Origin: Butyrivibrio sp.
Lineage (GTDB): Bacteria; Bacillota; Clostridia; Lachnospirales; Lachnospiraceae
Assembly: GCA_017445665.1 (NCBI GenBank)
Contig: JAFSTR010000169.1
Span: 1-52,081, forward strand
Length of the DNA: 52,081 bases
Direction: 5' to 3'
The position numbers and the translations under genes are program-made. Shown here piece after piece: positions 12,001 through 20,377 of this stretch. The stretch's first letter is position 1. Each line of letters opens with the position of its first letter. The notes under the pieces are model-generated. The model had not been told where the DNA came from. It worked only from the letters and a program-made list of their open reading frames with translations, and made no database searches.

Positions 12001-12867
12001 AAGAAAGATACTTCGAGTCCAAACAAGGATACGCCTGTTATCGTGCTTACAGCCAATGCTATTTCCGGAGCAAGGGAGAACTTCCTCAGGGAGGGCTTTG
12101 ATGATTACTTAAGCAAACCCATCGAGAGCGATAAGCTGGAGGATACACTGATAAGGTATCTGCCTAAGGAGAAGGTGCTCCTTACATCCGATAACAAAAA
12201 AGAAGAAAAAACAGAGACTCAGGGCAGTCAGGAAAATGAAAGCACAGATTATCCGGAATGGACCAGGTATCTTGAGGAGATCGATGTCGGAGAAGGCCTT
12301 AAGAACTGCGGAAGCATTGATAGCTACTTCAATATCATCAAGGTCTACTATGAATCAGCTGAGATGACAGAGAACAATATTGAAGGTGCATATAACGATG
12401 AAAACTGGAAGGACTACACAAGTTATGTCCATTCCTTGAAGAGTACCAGCAGGACTATAGGAGCCAGAAGCCTTAGCGAGCTTGCCAAAAAGCTTGAGGA
12501 TGCAGGAAATGCAGGTGACATCGAGACCATCAGGGAGTACCAGGATGAGCTGATGAATCTGTTCACTATAGTCAAATACACACTCTCCAAGGTTCCGGGA
12601 ATTGATCAGCAGGAAGAAAATCCTGATGCAGATGACAAGGTCGATATAAGCACAGCACAGCTCAGGGATGCTTACCAGAGCATCATTGAAGTCAGCAAGA
12701 GCCTTGACTATGACACACTCACATTTATCCTTGATTCTTTGAGAAACTACAGACTTCCCGATAAAGACAGGAAGATCTCAAGGAGCATAGGTGAAATGGC
12801 ATATAAGCTTCAGTGGGATGAGATTGTAAGATTAGCTTCAGAGGGACTGACCCTATTAGAGGAGTAA
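9061..12867 (+). CDS. Hybrid sensor histidine kinase: membrane domain, degenerate GGDEF, degenerate EAL, HisKA, HATPase, REC, Hpt
   Basis: About 7 TM helices; RAASDCF (GGDEF position); FLPIAEQTGLI and MDEYGSG (EAL-like); FLANMSHEIRTP; NAVKYT, DTGIG, GSGLGL; VVDD...FLDYRMP; VHSLKSTSRTIGA (Hpt). Confidence 0.9.
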   Translation: MVDVRGIGSFTFNLAAVIVAVTCLFYTLLMGRNRRFKNKLFIALIVIVIIDATTVIGADLITLGNISQAGKLLIFYVLQYIYFFTHFAIAPMFALYIIMVCNVSYRFSKLAQFCLALPFYILEILVATNVFTRFVYIFDDELKFHRHAGVYIAYVQAGFYVLFAMVALFLYWNILNRMKKIALLYFFGIVIAGTLIQMFFSNIQCELICEAIGLMGIMIVLENDDDMMDMPSGAFNRNAMTKDVGNYFKYGRNFYSICIRLLNADSYRKITGYEEFEKILREIVEFFRSIDDRFDIYRAASDCFMIVCPDIDNDYATSVAEKVLSRFDQGWSLKDNTLFLKAYILMASSPDQFTSLDNLFFLSDSSIDADNDRVLQGHDLDFILRRAEVEKAVKRDIGTDAFKVYFEPIYTKDDLAICAAQAVVVFEDSELGAIAPDEFLPIAEQTGLIEKLGWFTIDEAFYFLGGGIAEEMGLEFIEIGLSSIQLIKSDFSARVRKALSKFGVRPTQIVFDITESSAATDQDVLGIVMADLEKDGIRFFMDEYGSGFFNMQSASSLIFEGVKMDASLLHVAKRNMQNKIILENRLKMMNQMQKRIVLDHVDSQELFETISAVKADYLKGSYFSEAVSKNEFISILRATELARMEERRARAANEAKSNFLANMSHEIRTPINAVLGMNEVILRECTDEKILEYAQNIEGAGRTLLSLINDILDFSKIEAGSMEINEADYDFSSVLNDVYNMVHIKASQKSLQLIFDIDDTLPESMHGDEMRLRQIMVNILNNAVKYTSEGKVTLKITGYREFGDMITLKIDVSDTGIGIKDEDKERLFEKFKRLDIDKNKTVEGSGLGLAITSSLLDLMGGSISVESEYGKGSTFTITLPQKVVSDNPIGDFKSKLSETTKERKKYKEKLTAPEAEILVVDDTPMNHVVIRELLKSIQVRVESARSGEECLKKQHEKKYDIIFLDYRMPGMDGIETLDEIKKDTSSPNKDTPVIVLTANAISGARENFLREGFDDYLSKPIESDKLEDTLIRYLPKEKVLLTSDNKKEEKTETQGSQENESTDYPEWTRYLEEIDVGEGLKNCGSIDSYFNIIKVYYESAEMTENNIEGAYNDENWKDYTSYVHSLKSTSRTIGARSLSELAKKLEDAGNAGDIETIREYQDELMNLFTIVKYTLSKVPGIDQQEENPDADDKVDISTAQLRDAYQSIIEVSKSLDYDTLTFILDSLRNYRLPDKDRKISRSIGEMAYKLQWDEIVRLASEGLTLLEE

Positions 12868-12870
12868 GCT

Positions 12871-13629
12871 ATGTTTAACAAAAAGATATTACTTGTAAGA
12901 AATGAAGAGACGTTCCTTGTAAATGCGATAAAGAATGCTCTCCTGGATGCCAAATTTCTCGTAACGGAGGCCGCATATGTTCTGTCTGATCTGAGCGGAA
13001 AGACAAAGGATACGGACCTTATCCTTCTCTACACGGATACCGAGTTCGAGGAACATCGTGATGTCATGGTGTATTTTAAGGATCTGTGCATCGATGAGAA
13101 TATGATAATGATCGTCATAGGAAACAAGGACGCCTTCAATCTTGTTCACCAGTATATTCCGAAAGAGGATGTGGCGTATGAGATTGAAAGACCTCTTGAC
13201 ATGGCTGATCTTGTGCAAAAAGCTCTCATAGTGACCGACGATGAATATGAGTTCCAGCGAAGAAAGAGCATTCTTATTGTGGATGACGACCCGACTTTTC
13301 TTCAGATGATAAGAGAGTGGCTCAAGGATACCTACAGGATCGGAATGGCAAATTCCGGAACCCAGGCGGTAGCCTGGCTTGCCACCAACAAGGCAGATCT
13401 CATACTCCTTGATTATGATATGCCGGTACTGGACGGACCAAAGGTCCTTGAGATGCTAAAGAGTGAGTCTTTCTCAAGCTCAACTCCGGTAATGTTTTTA
13501 ACAGGAAAAAACGACAAGGAGAGCGTTACAAACGTTATTGCTCTGAAACCTGCGGATTATCTGCTCAAGACGATCTCTAAGGACAAACTTCTTTCTACAC
13601 TGGATGCTTTTTTCAAGGCGAGGAAGTAG
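12871..13629 (+). CDS. Response regulator (N-terminal pseudo-receiver + C-terminal receiver, no DNA-binding output)
   Basis: C-terminal ILIVDDD...LLDYDMP...FLTG...YLLK; N-terminal half is receiver-like without acidic catalytic residues. Confidence 0.82.
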   Translation: MFNKKILLVRNEETFLVNAIKNALLDAKFLVTEAAYVLSDLSGKTKDTDLILLYTDTEFEEHRDVMVYFKDLCIDENMIMIVIGNKDAFNLVHQYIPKEDVAYEIERPLDMADLVQKALIVTDDEYEFQRRKSILIVDDDPTFLQMIREWLKDTYRIGMANSGTQAVAWLATNKADLILLDYDMPVLDGPKVLEMLKSESFSSSTPVMFLTGKNDKESVTNVIALKPADYLLKTISKDKLLSTLDAFFKARK

Positions 13630-13632
13630 GCT

Positions 13633-15588
13633 ATGGGTGATATAAACCCTATAGGAGCGCTATCCTTCAGGATTGCGGCCCTGATCATCTGCATAACCTG
13701 TATCTTTTACACGGCTGTGATAAAAAAAGAGACCAAGAAGAGGCTCCGCAGCCGTTTATTTCTTGTTGCCCTCATAATCACCTGCTATGACTGCATCACG
13801 GGAATCATTAATACTCTGGTGCTGGACAGCTCTCTTTCTCTTGATACAAAATACCTGGTAGTCTATTTTAATAAGCTTACATATTACGGAACACACTTTG
13901 CGTTTGTTCCGGTATTTGCGCTGTATATAATCCTTGTCTGCGACGTTTTTCACAGATATAGAAGTAAACTTTCTCTGGCTTTGTTTTTTGGACCGTGCCT
14001 TTTCCTGGAGCTGGCAGTCATAACAAATCCTTTCACAGGCTTTATCATCAGTAACGGAATAGAGAACAACTTAAAAAGAGGCGGAGGAGTTTACCTTGCC
14101 TATGTGTTCAGTGCGGTTTATCTCGGGTTCTGTTTTTATCTTCTCGGAAGATACTGGAATACCATGAATCATCTTCAGAAGATTGCCATGTTCTACTTTT
14201 TGGGACTTGCTGTGACTGGAGTTATTGTACAGATGATCTTCCCTGAGATCATCTGTGAACTGCTGGCGGAATCCCTGGGACTTATGGGCGTCATGATCAT
14301 GGTGGAAAAGGATGACTACAGACTTGATTACAAGACAAAGGCATACAACAGGTCTGCCCTGATACATGACCTGAAGGGTGCTCTTAACGTTGAAAAGAAA
14401 TTCCATGCAATCTGCGTTCGTATCATAAACGCCGATCTCTATCGCAGACTTATGGGATATAAGGGCTATGATGTTATTCTTACCAATGTCGCAGATTTTC
14501 TTAAGAGCCTCGATTACAGGTTTGATGTTTACAGGACCACGGGCGGAAATTTCTACATGCTGTGCGAGGATATGTGCGGCTTTGACGTGGACAAGGTGAT
14601 AGAAAAGATAGTCAACCGATTTGAAGAAAGCTTCGAAACAGAGTACGGAGCTACCAATGTAAAAGCAAAGATCATCTGCGTTAAATGTCCTGATGAATTC
14701 AGCGATGCCTATGATATCCTGAGACTTTCCGAGTGCAATATAGATGAAGAGGACAAGATTGTCTTTAAGGGAAAAGACATTGAATTCATCCTGAGAAATA
14801 TTGACGTGGAAAAAGCCATAATAAGGGGTATCGCAGGAGATGCCTTCATGGTGCTTTATCATCCTGTCTACGACAAAAAGACATTGGGTGTAGTTTCTGC
14901 TGAAGCTCTTTTGAGATTAAATGACTCTGTAATGGGAAAGATGAGATTTTCTGAGTTTAAGGCTGTCGCTGAGGATGCAGGTGTTGCAAGTGAGCTGGAA
15001 TTCAGGATGATCGATTCGGTATGCCAGTTCATCAATTCCGGCGTAAAAAAATCCGACATGGACATTAAGGTCTTTGTAATCAATATTATGTCTGTACAGG
15101 TGCTTAAACAGGAGCTCGTGGACAAGGTAAGGGCATGCGTCAAGAAGTACGAAATAGATACCGGTATGCTCAGGTTCAGCGTTAGTGATACAATAGCAAC
15201 ACAGGCACAGGATGTGCTGGGATACATAATTGATGAATTTAACAAGATAGGGATCAGGTTCATTTTGTTCAACATGGATTCCGGTTTTCTTAGACTGGAC
15301 GTTACTACTATCGATAAGTTCGACGGTATCAATGTTGATGTCAAAAGACATTTTGAATCTGAAGATGCTACTCACGAAGAAGCGATTCTTCGTGACAAGG
15401 TCAATATGCTAAGTCAGCTTGGTAAACGTGTCATTTTGAGCGGTATAGACAGTAAAGAGCTCTATGACAGGGTAAAAGATGTCAAAGCCGATTTCATTAT
15501 CGGAGACTACCTCTCGCCGGGTGTTACCAAAAATGAACTCCAGAACAAGTTCTGGAATAAAGAGGTGTTTAATGAAAAGAGTACATAG
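13633..15588 (+). CDS. Membrane protein with degenerate GGDEF and EAL domains, paralogous to the N-terminal half of 9061..12867
   Basis: Collinear TM region; RTTGGNF at the GGDEF position; YHPVY...AEALLRL but FNMDSG instead of DDFGTG. Confidence 0.82.
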   Translation: MGDINPIGALSFRIAALIICITCIFYTAVIKKETKKRLRSRLFLVALIITCYDCITGIINTLVLDSSLSLDTKYLVVYFNKLTYYGTHFAFVPVFALYIILVCDVFHRYRSKLSLALFFGPCLFLELAVITNPFTGFIISNGIENNLKRGGGVYLAYVFSAVYLGFCFYLLGRYWNTMNHLQKIAMFYFLGLAVTGVIVQMIFPEIICELLAESLGLMGVMIMVEKDDYRLDYKTKAYNRSALIHDLKGALNVEKKFHAICVRIINADLYRRLMGYKGYDVILTNVADFLKSLDYRFDVYRTTGGNFYMLCEDMCGFDVDKVIEKIVNRFEESFETEYGATNVKAKIICVKCPDEFSDAYDILRLSECNIDEEDKIVFKGKDIEFILRNIDVEKAIIRGIAGDAFMVLYHPVYDKKTLGVVSAEALLRLNDSVMGKMRFSEFKAVAEDAGVASELEFRMIDSVCQFINSGVKKSDMDIKVFVINIMSVQVLKQELVDKVRACVKKYEIDTGMLRFSVSDTIATQAQDVLGYIIDEFNKIGIRFILFNMDSGFLRLDVTTIDKFDGINVDVKRHFESEDATHEEAILRDKVNMLSQLGKRVILSGIDSKELYDRVKDVKADFIIGDYLSPGVTKNELQNKFWNKEVFNEKST

Positions 15589-16603
15589 GATTCTCGCTGC
15601 TCTTATTGTGCTTGTCGTAATAGCTGCAACAGCTTACGGGGTGATAAGCCGCAATGGAGTTGCAAAGGGGGAAGCTGAGAATAAGATTGTGGTTGTTTCA
15701 CCGCATCCGATTGAATTTATGAAGCCGCTGGTTAGTGAATTTGAGGCCCAGACTGGGATAACCGTAGAGGTTATAAGGTGCGGAACCAGCGAGGCTGTAT
15801 CCAGAATACAGGATGGGGAGAAGATCGATGTTCTTTGGGGAGGTTCCGTTCTTTCAGTAGGTTCCTACGAAGATCTCTTTTTACCTTACACAACTGAAAA
15901 TGAAAAGAGCTTTTACAGCGAATACAGAAATGCAGGCAATGCTTTGACCTGCTTTACCGACGTGCCCAGTATTCTTATGGTCAATACTGACCTTTTGGGT
16001 GACATGGAAATAGACGGCTATGAGGATCTGTTAAGCCCGGCACTTGCCGGAAAGATTGCCTATGCCAGTCCCGTCAAGTCCTCGTCCTCCTTTGAGCATC
16101 TCACCAATATGCTCTATGCCATGGGAGACGGAGATCCGGATAAGGGCTGGGACTATGTAGAGAAGTTCACCACGCAGCTATCAGGAAAACTCCTTGAGAG
16201 TTCTTCCGATGTATATCAGGGTGTTGCCAGCGGTAAATTTGTGGTGGGGCTTACCTTTGAAGAGGCGGCCATCACCATGTTAAAAGGAGGAAAACACGTT
16301 AAGGTCGTATACATGGAGGAGGGAGTTGTCTCTACGCCTGACGGTATCTACATAAATAAAAATGCTGAAAATCCCGACGGGGCAGCAGCCTTTGTTGACT
16401 TTATGACTGATGTTGATACCCAGCATTATATCGCCACAGATCTGGGAAGACGATCTGTACGCGAGGATGTAAACAGTTCAGCCCTTGTCAAAGCCAAGGA
16501 GGATATAAGGCTTTTGCAGGTTGATAAAGACAAGGTATTAAAGGACAGGTCAGAGTGGGTAGATAAGTTTATGAGCTATATGGGGGAGGATGGAAATGAG
16601 TAA
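15572..16603 (+). CDS. Extracellular solute-binding protein (Fe3+/AfuA-like), probable sensory partner of the adjacent kinase
   Basis: ATG at 15572 follows RBS GAGGTG (in frame with track ORF 15479); N-terminal anchor; SPHP, DVLWGG, YASPVKSSS motifs. Confidence 0.85.
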   Translation: MKRVHRILAALIVLVVIAATAYGVISRNGVAKGEAENKIVVVSPHPIEFMKPLVSEFEAQTGITVEVIRCGTSEAVSRIQDGEKIDVLWGGSVLSVGSYEDLFLPYTTENEKSFYSEYRNAGNALTCFTDVPSILMVNTDLLGDMEIDGYEDLLSPALAGKIAYASPVKSSSSFEHLTNMLYAMGDGDPDKGWDYVEKFTTQLSGKLLESSSDVYQGVASGKFVVGLTFEEAAITMLKGGKHVKVVYMEEGVVSTPDGIYINKNAENPDGAAAFVDFMTDVDTQHYIATDLGRRSVREDVNSSALVKAKEDIRLLQVDKDKVLKDRSEWVDKFMSYMGEDGNE

Positions 16604-18293
16604 AGATATCAAATCCTTCCAGGACAACATAAGAAGAACCTTTATCCTGTTTTCTCTTACTCCTGTCATTGCAATCGTATTTACTGCGATATTGCTTTTT
16701 ATCTTCACCTGGAGTGCCTATATGGCTGAGACAACCAGGGAGGACTCAAAGAGCATTGCAGGGGATGTGGATATAATACTGGATACTTACTATGCAATGC
16801 TAACTGACGTGGAATTTGTGGTTTCCACTGCGGATATCGATGTGGAGAAGGTGCGTGACAGAGTCTTTTCCATACTATACAGCAGGACTTCGGATTTCGA
16901 TGACATCGGAAATCTCATGATCATGTCACCGGAGAAAAGAGCTCTTTTTACCAGCAAGAATTCTGTTCCTGAGTGTCTTACTGGAGAGGAATACGACAAC
17001 TGGGGCATATGGAACAGGATCAAGACACACCCAAATGAAACAAGGACTGTGCTCTACGGCGGAAATCTCTATGTGGTAAGGGGGGTGTTTAGGGGGAGTG
17101 ATCTTAAGTATGCCATCATCTATTCTGTACCGCCGCAGGTTATTGCAAACGTCATCAACAACAAGAACAGATACTGTATTCTGACTGATCTGGGCGGATG
17201 GGTTTACCTTAATAATACCCAGGGACTTACAGATGAGTTTGGTCAGATCAATTCTCTTCTGGAAGGCAATACCGGTTATGCACGGATCGGCGGGCAAAAG
17301 TATATCTGCTACGAGACTTCTGTGGCCAAGGGGCTGAGAGTATATACTTTTTCTGACATAAACAGAAGCACCAGGATGATCATAATTCTGGTTGTTATAG
17401 TGGCGGTTATTTTCTGCGCTATAATCTTTATCACCTACAGGAGTACTGCCACCAGCTCAGAGGTATACACCCGCGATGTAAAAAAGATTGAAGATGCCTT
17501 TGAGGCGGTCCAGCAGGGGAATCTTGACGTGTCCCTGAGCATTGACAGCTCCAAGGAATTTCAGACCATCGGAAATGATTTCAATGAGATGCTTGACGGT
17601 CTAAAAAAGCAGATAGAACAGAACCGGGAGCTGGCACAGAATGCGGCTTTTTCACAGGTCAAGCAGCTTGAGAGCCAGTTCAATCCGCACTTTTTGTTTA
17701 ACACCCTGGATAACATCAGATTCATGGCTAAGATAGATGCTGCATCCGCTGATAAGATGATAGTATCGCTGTCAGGTCTTTTGAGGTACAGCATAAGAGA
17801 GACCAGGGAAGAAGTGACTGTCGGAGAGGATCTTCAGCACCTGCAGTTTTACCTCAACATCCTGCAGATAAGATTCAACAAGAGGTTTGCCTACAGCATA
17901 AATGTCTCCGAGGACATAAACGACTGCCTTATACCTAAGCTTCTTCTGCAGCCTCTTTTGGAGAATGCTGTAAAATACGGCTTTGGAGAAAAGGAAAAAC
18001 TCACGGTCAGGATAAACGGCTATCAGCATCAGGAGAGGCTGATCTTTATCTGTGAGGATGACGGAGTCGGTATTGACGAGGATGTACTTGAAGAGCTTAA
18101 GCACTCGATCCAGAATCCTGATACGCAGCCGGCGCACTTTGGGCTTTACAATATTCACCAGAGGATAAGGCTCATGTATAATGGAGACTACGGACTTGAT
18201 ATATGGAGTAAAAAAGGAGAGGGCACTACGGTAAGACTTACGCTGCCTAAGAGAGTGGAGAAGAATGTACAGAGTTTTGATAGCAGAGGATGA
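16596..18293 (+). CDS. Sensor histidine kinase, YesM/LytS-type
   Basis: RBS GGAGGA suits ATG 16596 (track start 16590); HAMP; LESQFNPHFLFNTL; LLQPLLENAVKYG; DDGVG. Confidence 0.92.
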   Translation: MSKDIKSFQDNIRRTFILFSLTPVIAIVFTAILLFIFTWSAYMAETTREDSKSIAGDVDIILDTYYAMLTDVEFVVSTADIDVEKVRDRVFSILYSRTSDFDDIGNLMIMSPEKRALFTSKNSVPECLTGEEYDNWGIWNRIKTHPNETRTVLYGGNLYVVRGVFRGSDLKYAIIYSVPPQVIANVINNKNRYCILTDLGGWVYLNNTQGLTDEFGQINSLLEGNTGYARIGGQKYICYETSVAKGLRVYTFSDINRSTRMIIILVVIVAVIFCAIIFITYRSTATSSEVYTRDVKKIEDAFEAVQQGNLDVSLSIDSSKEFQTIGNDFNEMLDGLKKQIEQNRELAQNAAFSQVKQLESQFNPHFLFNTLDNIRFMAKIDAASADKMIVSLSGLLRYSIRETREEVTVGEDLQHLQFYLNILQIRFNKRFAYSINVSEDINDCLIPKLLLQPLLENAVKYGFGEKEKLTVRINGYQHQERLIFICEDDGVGIDEDVLEELKHSIQNPDTQPAHFGLYNIHQRIRLMYNGDYGLDIWSKKGEGTTVRLTLPKRVEKNVQSFDSRG

Positions 18294-19026
18294 GGATATC
18301 ATCCGCAAGGGGATAGCTTATACCATGGACTGGGTATCCATGGGCTGCACCATCATTGGAGAGGCTGCAAACGGCAAGGAGGGAGTGGAGAAGATAAAAG
18401 AGCTTTCTCCCGACATAGTGCTCGCTGACATAATGATGCCGCTTATGGATGGTATTGAAATGATAAGGCAGGCACAGGAGACGTGTGACTTTAAGGCGAT
18501 CATCATGACCAGCTATGCTGATTTTGAGTACGCAAAACAGGCAATAGAGCTTGGGGTCTCTGCATATCTTATGAAACCTGTTGACGAAGAGGAACTTAAA
18601 AAGAACATAGCAAAGGTCATCACTGAGATAGAAAAGGACAATCAGCTGCGCCAGTTATCCTCCAGGTCGAAAAACGGAGACGATGTCGATGCGCTCTTTA
18701 TAAAGAGCGAAGGAGATAACGACTATATCCAGGAGGTCTTAAAGGCAACAAAGGAGCGCTACGCGGAAAAGATAAGCATCGAGACCTTCTCCGAGGAACT
18801 TGGCGTTTCCGCCAGCTACCTATCCCGCAAATTCAAAGAAGCTACCGGCCTAACCTACCTTGATTTCCTCAACAAATACAGAGTTCAGCAGGCCATAAAG
18901 CTACTTGAAAAAGGAACCTATAAAGTCTATGAAGTGTCCGAAATGACAGGCTTTTCAGACTACAAATACTTCAGCACAGTCTTCAAAAAATACACAGACA
19001 GATCGCCGTCAGATTTTGTTAAATGA
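18265..19026 (+). CDS. Response regulator, YesN-type (REC + AraC HTH)
   Basis: LIAEDE...ADIMMP...YLMKP; SYLSRKFK...GFSDYKYFSTVFKK. Confidence 0.93.
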   Translation: MYRVLIAEDEDIIRKGIAYTMDWVSMGCTIIGEAANGKEGVEKIKELSPDIVLADIMMPLMDGIEMIRQAQETCDFKAIIMTSYADFEYAKQAIELGVSAYLMKPVDEEELKKNIAKVITEIEKDNQLRQLSSRSKNGDDVDALFIKSEGDNDYIQEVLKATKERYAEKISIETFSEELGVSASYLSRKFKEATGLTYLDFLNKYRVQQAIKLLEKGTYKVYEVSEMTGFSDYKYFSTVFKKYTDRSPSDFVK

Positions 19027-19045
19027 CAGGTTGAAAATATGTGTT

Positions 19046-19106
19046 CAGAATTTTGGACAAAAAAACAGAAATTTGGGTATTACCGATTTCTGTTTTTTTT
19101 TATGAT
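19046..19106 (+). promoter_or_regulatory. Candidate RR-binding direct repeat and -10 for the ABC operon, overlapping an inverted repeat
   Basis: CAGAATTTTGG (19046) / CAGAAATTTGG (19066); TATGAT at 19101; AAAAAAACAGAAAT...ATTTCTGTTTTTTT inverted repeat at 19059-19099. Confidence 0.55.
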
Positions 19107-19145
19107 TAATTTATCCAATGACCCGAAATTGAAAGGAGAAGAATT

Positions 19146-20294
19146 ATGAAAAAGAAATTAGCATTGGTATTGGCGGGACTTATGACACTTAGCATGGTTG
19201 GATGCGGAAGTGCAGCTACAGAGACACCTGCAGCTACTACTGAGGCTCCTGCAGCTACAGAGGCACCTGCTGCAGAGGCTGAAAGCTCAGGAATGGACGC
19301 TCTTATCGAAGCTGCCAAGGCAGACGGAGAGCTCATTGTTTACGGCTCCTGCGAAGAGGAATATCTTGCAGCAGCATGTGAGAACTTTGAAAAGCTCTAT
19401 GGCATCAAGGTTCAGTATCAGAGACTTTCTACAGGTGAAGTTCAGAGTAAGATCGAAGAGGAGAACGGAAACCCTTCAGGCGATGTATGGTTCGGTGGTA
19501 CAACAGATCCTTACAACGTAGCAGCTTCCGAGGGACTTCTTGAGGCTTATGATGCTCAGAACGCAAGTCACCTTCTTTCAGATAAGTACCGTGATGCAGA
19601 CGGATACTGGTACGGTATCTACAAGGGAATCCTTGGATTTATGGTCAACAAGGATGAGCTTGCAAGAATGGGCATAGATGAGCCTGCAGACTGGAAGGAT
19701 CTTCTTGATGAGAAGTACAAAGGACTTATCTGGCTTTCAAACTACAACACAGCAGGAACTGCTAAGCTTGTTATCAACACAATGATCCAGAAGTACGGTC
19801 ATGACGAAGGTATCCAGTACCTTGTTGACCTCGACAAGAACATCGAAGTTTATACAAAGTCAGGTTCAGGCCCTTCTAAGAACGTTGGTACAGGTGAGTG
19901 TGTAGTTGGTATCGGATTCCTTCATGATGGTATCACACAGATCGTTGACAACGGCTATGGCAACATCGGCCTTGTAATTCCTTCATCAGGAACTTCCTAC
20001 GAGGTTGGTGCAACAGCTATCTTCAAGGGATGCCAGCATCCAAATGCAGCTAAGCTTTGGATCGAGTATGCCCTCAGCCCTGAGTGCGTAGAGCTCGCAG
20101 CACAGAACGGTTCATATCAGTTCCTGGTTCTTGACAACGCGAAGCAGCCTGAAGTTGCTACAGAGTTCGGCCTTGATCCCGAGAACGTTATGGATTATGA
20201 CTTCGAAGATGCTAAGCAGAACACAACAACATACATCGAGGAAGTTATGAACGCACTTGGAAGCGCAGCAGACGATCGTTTCCAGACCGAGTGA
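19146..20294 (+). CDS. ABC transporter substrate-binding lipoprotein (Fe3+/AfuA family)
   Basis: RBS AAGGAG; lipobox MVGC; Ala/Pro/Thr linker; RLSTGE, DVWFGG, YTKSGSGP, GIGFLHD. Confidence 0.9.
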   Translation: MKKKLALVLAGLMTLSMVGCGSAATETPAATTEAPAATEAPAAEAESSGMDALIEAAKADGELIVYGSCEEEYLAAACENFEKLYGIKVQYQRLSTGEVQSKIEEENGNPSGDVWFGGTTDPYNVAASEGLLEAYDAQNASHLLSDKYRDADGYWYGIYKGILGFMVNKDELARMGIDEPADWKDLLDEKYKGLIWLSNYNTAGTAKLVINTMIQKYGHDEGIQYLVDLDKNIEVYTKSGSGPSKNVGTGECVVGIGFLHDGITQIVDNGYGNIGLVIPSSGTSYEVGATAIFKGCQHPNAAKLWIEYALSPECVELAAQNGSYQFLVLDNAKQPEVATEFGLDPENVMDYDFEDAKQNTTTYIEEVMNALGSAADDRFQTE

Positions 20295-20318
20295 TAGAGA
20301 GTATTATCTCAAAATCAT

Positions 20319-20352
20319 AGGGCGGATGCTTTTCCATCCGCCCTTTTCTTTT
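20319..20352 (+). terminator. Intra-operon hairpin/terminator after the SBP gene
   Basis: AGGGCGGATG-CTTTTC-CATCCGCCCT followed by TTTCTTTT. Confidence 0.75.
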
Positions 20353-20377
20353 AAGATCATGCAAGGAGGAAAGAGTA

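Noticed and set aside
15479-15571. Long overlap between the EAL* gene and the SBP gene
   Set aside because: True start is ATG 15572 with an RBS, leaving only a 17-nt overlap
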